Origin: the human T2T-CHM13v2.0 reference genome, Homo sapiens
NCBI RefSeq assembly: GCF_009914755.1
Contig: NC_060936.1
DNA: 64,000 nt
Direction: 5' to 3' (one strand)
This document shows positions 54,110 to 64,000 of the stretch, in pieces. The notes beneath the pieces were generated by a model. The model saw only the letters and a program-made list of their open reading frames with translations. It searched no databases and was not told the DNA's origin. Both the position numbers and the translations under genes were made by a program. Position 1 is the first letter of the stretch. Each line of letters starts with the position of its first letter.

Positions 54110-55699
54110 TCACCATGTGGAGGGACCATCCTACCGAGGAGACAGACTTTGAGGAAGGGTGAACCAAGGGATGGTCCCTGCTCAGTGTACACAATCAGGA
54201 GTGCTGCCTTGGAGATGTAGGGTACATCACAGGCTGGGGGAGGGGAGTCATGGCCAACTGCCTGAAGTCTTAAGGCATTCTGCCTGTGTGTGGGCCCTCG
54301 ATGTGGTGTATTTTAGGGCCCAACACAATTAGAACCTTGAGTGAGCCAGCTCTCAACCTCCCCAACCCCTACAGCCACATGGTGTTCAATAAACAGGGGG
54401 CTGAGACAAACGGAGAGGGAAGGGGCGGGTGTGCTGTAGGGCAAGTGGATTAGGGGCATGGAGGAAGAACTGGGAAGAGGAGGACCAAGATGATGCAGCA
54501 GATTCAAGGCAAGCCAGGCAGTTGAAAGAGGTGGCTACATGAGGAGGGGAGGAGAAGGAAGGAAACCCGGGGTGGTATGTAACAGGAAAGAAAGTCCCAG
54601 GAAGGAGAGGTATACTGCAAAAAGCAGGAGTTTGGGAGCCAAATTACAGACTGAGCCACTTTCTAGTTGTGTGACCTTAAGACCTCAGATTCTCCAGGGT
54701 GTTTCATCTGTAAAAGGGATGAACATCATCTCCAACTCAGATTATATTATTTAATATAATAAAGAAGATAATGCATCTTAAGCGCTAACTTGAAATCTTG
54801 GCATACAGAAGAGTATTTTTTAAACCTGCTAAAAGGCCGGGTGCAGTGGCTTACGCCTGTAATCCCAGCACTTTGGGAGGCCGAGGTGGGTGGATCACCT
54901 GAGATCAGGAGTTCAAGACCAGCCTGGTCAACATGGTGAAACCCTGTCTCTACTAAAAATACAAAAATTAGCCGGGCATGGTGGCGGGCGCCTGTAATCC
55001 CAGCTACTCAGGAGGCTGAGGCAGGAGAATAGCTGGAACCTGGGAGGCGGAGGTTGCAGTGAGCAGAGACCACCAACTGCACTCCAGTCTGGGCAACAAG
55101 AGTGAAACTCCATTTCAAAAACAACAACAACAACAAAAACTGCTAATGCTCATTCCCGTCTGTCTAAGATTTTCCCCTTCTCTATCTTTGGATTTTCATA
55201 GACCTTAAATAGAGCAGCTTCAGGGCATGGGGTGAGGGCTCTGGACTTCATATTGCTCTCTTAGTCTTGGGGAACCCTATGAAAATGGCCTAATCTATTC
55301 TTGCCTCTCTGTTCTCTTGATGGAAAGCCTTTGGATATCTGAATGGGGGGAAATAGTCCACCAGGGCTTTGACACCAGAGATTTCACATCAGAGACAATG
55401 TATTGCCATCTAGCTCTTCCACAGGCCATGGCCACACTTGTCCTGGGCTATTGTAATGGCCCCCTGACCAGTCTTTCGTTTCTTTAGACTTTCCCCCCCC
55501 ATCATTTTCCTACAGTTTATTCCACACAGTTTGTCAGTGTGAGCAAAACCTCACTCAGGAGCCTCCGTGGGCTTCCCATTGCCCACTAAACCAACTGCCA
55601 GCACCTTACCCTGCATTCTTGTGTTTTCTGCCTGGCATTATAGTTTTTGTTTACTTGTTCTATGGTTCTCACTAGATTGTAAACTACTTCACAGCAAGA

Positions 55700-55830
55700 T
55701 CTGACTGTTCATTCATTCAACAAATATTTACTGAGCACTTTCTCTGTGCCAGGCACTGTTTTAGATGCTGGGGATCATCAGAGAATCAAGCAAAAATCCA
55801 TGCCCCCACAGAACTTACATTCTACCTAGG
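55700..55830 (-). mobile_element. L2 3' end fragment
   Basis: ttcattcattcaacaaatatttactgagcact...tgtgccaggcactgtt is the L2 terminal signature. Confidence 0.75.
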
Positions 55831-56346
55831 ATATAGGACGGGGTGGCGGAGATGATAAACTATAAAAATTAGAATAAATAAATTATATAGTATGTTGAAA
55901 AGTGATACATGCCGTGAGTTGTAATTACTTTGGAACTCACGTACCTGCCTATAAAAGTACTCAAGTAATCTTTAAAAATTGTGTTTGATTCTGTTTGAAT
56001 AGGGCAAAGTGCTAAGATTTTGGACTACGAGGTTTGGCGCTGCCAGTGCTCTCAGGACAGGAAGGGCACAGGTCTTGAACCCTGAAGATGAAGAGAGATG
56101 GAGCAGGTGCTAATCACCAGGCCTCTTCCAGAGCGGCTGGAGGTAAGTGCCGGGCTCCAGGCTCCAATCTCCACCCAGATGGAGAAAGGCCCAGATTTCA
56201 TGGCTATCCCTGAGGAATCTGGGTCAGTTCTCTGATTTGGCCACCAGGGGTCATTTTACCCCTGTAAATCACCATCTGGAGCACTTGGCATAAAGGCACA
56301 CACAAAAGGCTACCCTGGACTAAAACAGACACAAACGGAGAACCCT

Positions 56347-56347
<1 letters not shown>

Positions 56348-56413
<66 letters not shown>

Positions 56414-56432
56414 TTCTCTCACACACACACAC
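56348..56432. repeat. Compound (CA)n(CT)n(CA)n microsatellite
   Basis: Seen directly. Confidence 0.95.
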
Positions 56433-56719
56433 AGAGTGCGTGCACACACAGATAAAAATACAGTATTGAGACATAGGGACAGAAATGCTATAGGACGCAC
56501 ACAGGGCAACAGCTCCTTCAGTAATGCCAGGGTCTGAAGATGTCCACAAGTGCCAACTCTGCAGCCCCTCCGAGCCCCCAACTTGGGTGAAGAGGGAAGG
56601 AATAGCCGGGCACAATGGCTCATGCCTGTAATCCCAGCACTTTGGGACGCAGGCAGATTTACCTGAGGTCAGGAGTTCGAGACCAGTCTGGCCAACATAG
56701 TGAAACCCTATCACTACTA

Positions 56720-57154
<435 letters not shown>

Positions 57155-57194
57155 CTACTCCTAGGGCCGCAGGAAAACCCTGAGCCATGAAGAC

Positions 57195-57216
57195 TATCAG
57201 TAGTGATTAATTTATT
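57195..57216 (-). terminator. LPAR5: LPAR5 polyadenylation signal AATAAA (57211-57216)
   Basis: Hexamer about 1.27 kb downstream of the stop codon. An earlier AATAAA lies within the hAT remnant near 57512. Confidence 0.65.
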
Positions 57217-57304
57217 TAGCACTGCCCTCTCCCCACAGTAATAAAAAGCACTGTACATAATGCCCTGGGAAGAAGTTAGACATGAACTCCAATACTTCAG
57301 GACA

Positions 57305-57641
57305 AGTATGGTTCTCAAAGTGTGATCCAGGGACCAACCCTCTGAGGAAGTCCACGAGGTCAAGCTATTTTCATAATACTGCTACACAGATGTTATTTGT
57401 CCCTTTCACTCTCATTCTCTCACAAGTATACTGTAGAGTTTTCCAGAGGCTTCATGAAGTGTGTGTGGTGACATTATTGCTCCCATGGCTAATGTAATGT
57501 GTGCATGTGTATTTATTTTAAAAATGTATTCGCTTTAATTTCTAGTATGGTAAGTATCAAAAGAACAAAATATAAGCAAAGCTCTTTGAGATCCTCAATT
57601 TCTAAGAGTGGGGTCTGAGACCAAAAAGTTTGAGAACCAGT
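57305..57641. mobile_element. hAT-Charlie DNA transposon remnant within the LPAR5 3' UTR
   Basis: tggttctcaaagtgtgatcc ... tttgagaaccagtg inverted termini. Confidence 0.6.
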
Positions 57642-57679
57642 GCTTTAGTAGAAAGAATTTTATCCTTACTCTGGACAAA

Positions 57680-57763
57680 GGAGAGAGAGGGAGAGAGAGA
57701 GAAGAGGAGAAGAGAGAGGAGAGGAGAGAGAAGAGAGAAACGAGAGAGAGAGAAAAAGAAAGA
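57680..57763. repeat. GA-rich low-complexity tract in the LPAR5 3' UTR
   Basis: Almost pure purine run on the plus strand. Confidence 0.85.
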
Positions 57764-58429
57764 ATATTAAGGACCTAAAATGGAGGAGGCCTGGAAAAGG
57801 GGATGTGATGGAAGAAAGGATAACCTAAAAAGGGTTTGGACTTGGATGTTGTTGAGGGGGAAACTCTAAGTTAGTTTTGCCTTGCCCCAACTATCCCATG
57901 CTGGATGCCAAGTCTAAATTGTCACAAGTCACTATGCGAGAAAGAATGTAGTTCTGTCCATAGGAACTCTTGTATTAGGCCTCAGTGGTGAGCAGGGGAA
58001 GCCTAGGCCGAAATGAAAGGGGGTGGCATCCATGAGCCTAGACAGAAGTCAGCAGATGAACAGGCATCTCAGTAGCTTTGTCCACCAAACCTGGTGCTCT
58101 TCAGCTCTCAGGCCCCTGTGGCGGTTTAGATCCAGAATGCCCATTTTCTGTTCCATCTAACCAGCTTTTAGCAGTTTAATGCCCTGCCCACCCAAAGGCA
58201 TTTCGTCCTCTTCTGCCCTCTGCACGGGTGGGCTCTCTGCATCACTTCCCACCGCTGGAGAAGGGGTGCTCTGCGTGCTCACAGTTTAAAGAAGCCATTT
58301 CCAGCAGCACTGCCTTCCCTGGGCCCTGGCTTCCACACTTTGTACTCTTCTGCGTTGCTAAGCTGGAATTGCCACCCAAAGGTCCAAGTGCCCAGCCCAC
58401 CTTCTTGTGTGTACACCCTGTAAGCCTCC

Positions 58430-59570
58430 CAGAACGAGAGGCGTTGGGAGTCGGGCACGGACAGCGCAATGGCATGTGTGTTCAGAGGGCGGAATCCTGG
58501 GGACACTGTGTGAAGGAAGACAGAGAGTGGGAGTCGGAGGGTCGGAGCAGCCCCTGACTGGCGGCATCCGGCCTGGTGGCGTCGGTGGTGACGGCGGACC
58601 TTTCGGATTGCGCGAGCGCCGCCCGCGTCCCGTTGGTGGCCGAGGTCCTGGCCCGGTGCGGAGTGCCCAGGCCGCGCAGGGTGTTGCGGAAGCCCTCGGC
58701 GCTAAAGTAGTACACCAGCGGGTCCAGCACGCAGTTGGCGCCGGCCAGCAGCACCATCACCATCAGCACCCCGCGCACGCGATCGCGGGCAGGCACGCTG
58801 GCCGCCACCAGCTTGCTCCGCAGCAGCCCGTAGACCGCCAGCGTGCTGTTGTAGGGCACGAAGCACAGCAGGAAGATGACGAGGTTAGCCAGCAGGAGGC
58901 GCACGGTCTTCCGCCGCCGCTGGCTCTGCGTGGCGTCGGGGCGCGCCAGCGTCCAGAAGACTCGGCCCGACGAGTAGACCACCGCCGCCAGGGGCAGCAG
59001 GAAGCCCAGCGCCTCGGCCAGCAGCACGAGGGGCAGCAGCCTGCCTTTCCACAGCTCGTCGCTGAAGCTCTCGAAGCATAGGCGCACCTCGAGGTCCCGG
59101 TAGCGGCAACGCGAGGGCCTGTGCACGCGGGCGGCGGGCACGGCAAACACCAGGATGAGCGCCCACACGCCCAGGCAGAGCAGCCGCGCCACGCGGGGCC
59201 GCCGCAGGTGGCGCAGTCGCAGCGGGTGCACGATGGCGGCGTAGCGGTCCACGTTGATGAGCATCAGGAAGATGCAGCTGCCGTACATGTTCATCTGGAA
59301 GATGGCGCCCGTCGTCTGGCACAGGAGGTCGGGGAAGGGCCAGTGGTGCAGTGCGTAGTAGGAGAGACGAACGGGCAGCGAGAGGGTGAAGAGCAGGTCG
59401 CTGGCCGCCAGGTTACACATGTACACGCTCACCACCGAGTGCACGCGCAGCGCGCGCAGGAAGACCCAGAGGGCTAGCGCGTTGAGGGGGAGCCCGGCAG
59501 CCAGCACCAAGCTGTAGACCACCAAGTGCAGGCGGTGGGTAGGTCGGTAGTCAGGACACGGGAGAACAGA
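58430..59570. other. Intragenic CpG island over the LPAR5 coding sequence
   Basis: Dense CpG and very high GC at third codon positions. Confidence 0.8.
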
Positions 59571-59600
59571 ACTGTTGGTTGAGGAGCTGTTGGCTAACAT
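58482..59600 (-). CDS. LPAR5: Lysophosphatidic acid receptor 5 (GPR92), class A GPCR, 372 aa, single coding exon
   Basis: [25 protein letters not shown]...; seven hydrophobic helices, LAASD (TM2), DRY, CFVPYN (TM6) and DPLVY (TM7). Confidence 0.98.
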
Positions 59601-59816
59601 CGTGCCAAAGTGGGATTGGGAGCTAGGCTGGGGATGCCATGGAGCACACCAGAATCATGGCATGGCATTCACCTCCGGGGCTGGGGCCTAGAGGCTGTAC
59701 AGACATGGTCCCAAAACAAGCAGAGGGAGGTCATGGGAATGTGGGCTATGGCTGCAGGGACAGATGGCTGCCAAGGGTTGGGTGCGTTTGGTCACAGCTT
59801 CATCAGCAGCAGAGAC
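59601..59816 (-). other. LPAR5: LPAR5 5' UTR portion of the coding exon (acceptor at 59817-59818); no upstream exon identified in the window
   Basis: CCTTCCTATTCCAG|GT acceptor 216 nt upstream of the ATG. Confidence 0.75.
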
Positions 59817-60067
59817 CTGGAATAGGAAGGCAAGCCGGAAGTTATACAGAGACAGGGCTGCACACACAAATGTTTAGCTCCACTGGCAGGCCTTCTGAAT
59901 CTTTTCTCAGCCTCAAGTCTGCCATTGGGCTAGAATAGGTTCCTACGGCAGGACTATATAGTATAGTGTTAAACACCCAGGTTTGAAGGCAGGGACTCGG
60001 ATGCCTAGGTTTAAATCTTGGTTTTGCTAACTTGCCTAGTTGTGTGACTTCAAAAAAATTAATCTTG

Positions 60068-61912
<1,845 letters not shown>

Positions 61913-62699
61913 TCATGAGGTTTGGAGATTAAGATGACGTGTGTAAAACGCTTAGGTTGCTGTTACTATCTCAAGATCTCTTCCTTCCTTCTTTCCTTGC
62001 TTACTGAGCTCATAGAAAGTTCCAGGCATGTTCACAGCAGGGAACAAAGCAAAAAGTCTTTGCCCCCACCTCCTTTACATTCCATTGGAGGGAGACAGAT
62101 AATAAGCACAAATCAATAGGTGGTCTTATGGAGCACCTCCTTGGACCAGGTGCTAGGCTAGCTCCTCATTATCCAAAGAATAAAGGTCAAACTCTTTGAG
62201 TACATGGGAGGCTGCAGCAGGAGAGTCCTTGAACCCGGGAGGCGGAGGTTGCAGTGAGCCGAGATCACGCCACTGCACTCCAGCCTGGGTGACAGAGTGA
62301 GACTCCATGTCAGACAAGCAAACAAGCAAACAAAACTCCCAAATACAGAACAACATCCCAGCCTTACGCATCACATGCATCACTGCGCCTGTGAGGGCTG
62401 GATTTGTGGTCAAAGCAAACTGGGTTCAGCTTAATGGTTTGACTTCTCAGTTTCTTCATCTGTAAAATGGGAATAATAATATAATAATGCCCTCATAGGC
62501 TGATTGCATGCTAGTCTTGACCAGAGCCACATGTGAATAAATTTGACAGCACAGTCTTGCTAGGCAGGGGAAGGCCCTGTGGGTTGAGTTTTGCCAAGTG
62601 CTCCCCTAGCAGGTCTAATCCATCGCACTCCGGCCTGGGAGACAGAGTGAGAGTCCGTCTCAAAAACAACAACAACAACAAAAAAGACCAAGACAGTGT

Positions 62700-63405
<706 letters not shown>

Positions 63406-63495
63406 CTAGATGTCATCTTAGGGAGAGAAGTTGTCTGAGACCCTGAGCAATTATCCCAAGACACCGAGCTTATTACTTTCAAAAGGAACTGTTTA

Positions 63496-64000
<505 letters not shown>

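Noticed and set aside
58407-59477. Antisense and alternative-frame ORFs over LPAR5
   Set aside because: A by-product of high GC at third codon positions; no independent coding signal.

Overview
Human (primate) genomic DNA, very Alu-rich, recognisable as the chr12p13.31 NOP2-CHD4-LPAR5 locus, with all three genes on the minus strand. It holds the 5' part of NOP2 (10 coding exons; the gene runs off the left edge), all of CHD4 and the coding exon plus 3' UTR of LPAR5 (372 aa). The 39 CHD4 coding exons that I traced sum to 5739 nt (1912 aa + stop), and one CHD4 intron hosts the H/ACA scaRNA SCARNA11. The most striking non-coding structure is two same-orientation arrays of the 12-mer (C/T)A(T/G/A)CCCATAATA: 16 copies plus 1 outlier at the CHD4 promoter and 11 copies about 6 kb upstream. 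These match the known ZNF410-to-CHD4 control elements, so the system itself is not new. The recurring ~33-39 bp spacing and traces of tandem duplication are features I read from the sequence and do not recall being described. Other points: U12-type introns in both NOP2 (AT-AC) and CHD4 (GT-AG), a candidate dual-donor cassette/poison exon in a CHD4 intron, a 33-bp minisatellite next to the distal array, and a uATG-dense LPAR5 leader. All coordinates were counted by hand; repeat boundaries are approximate.
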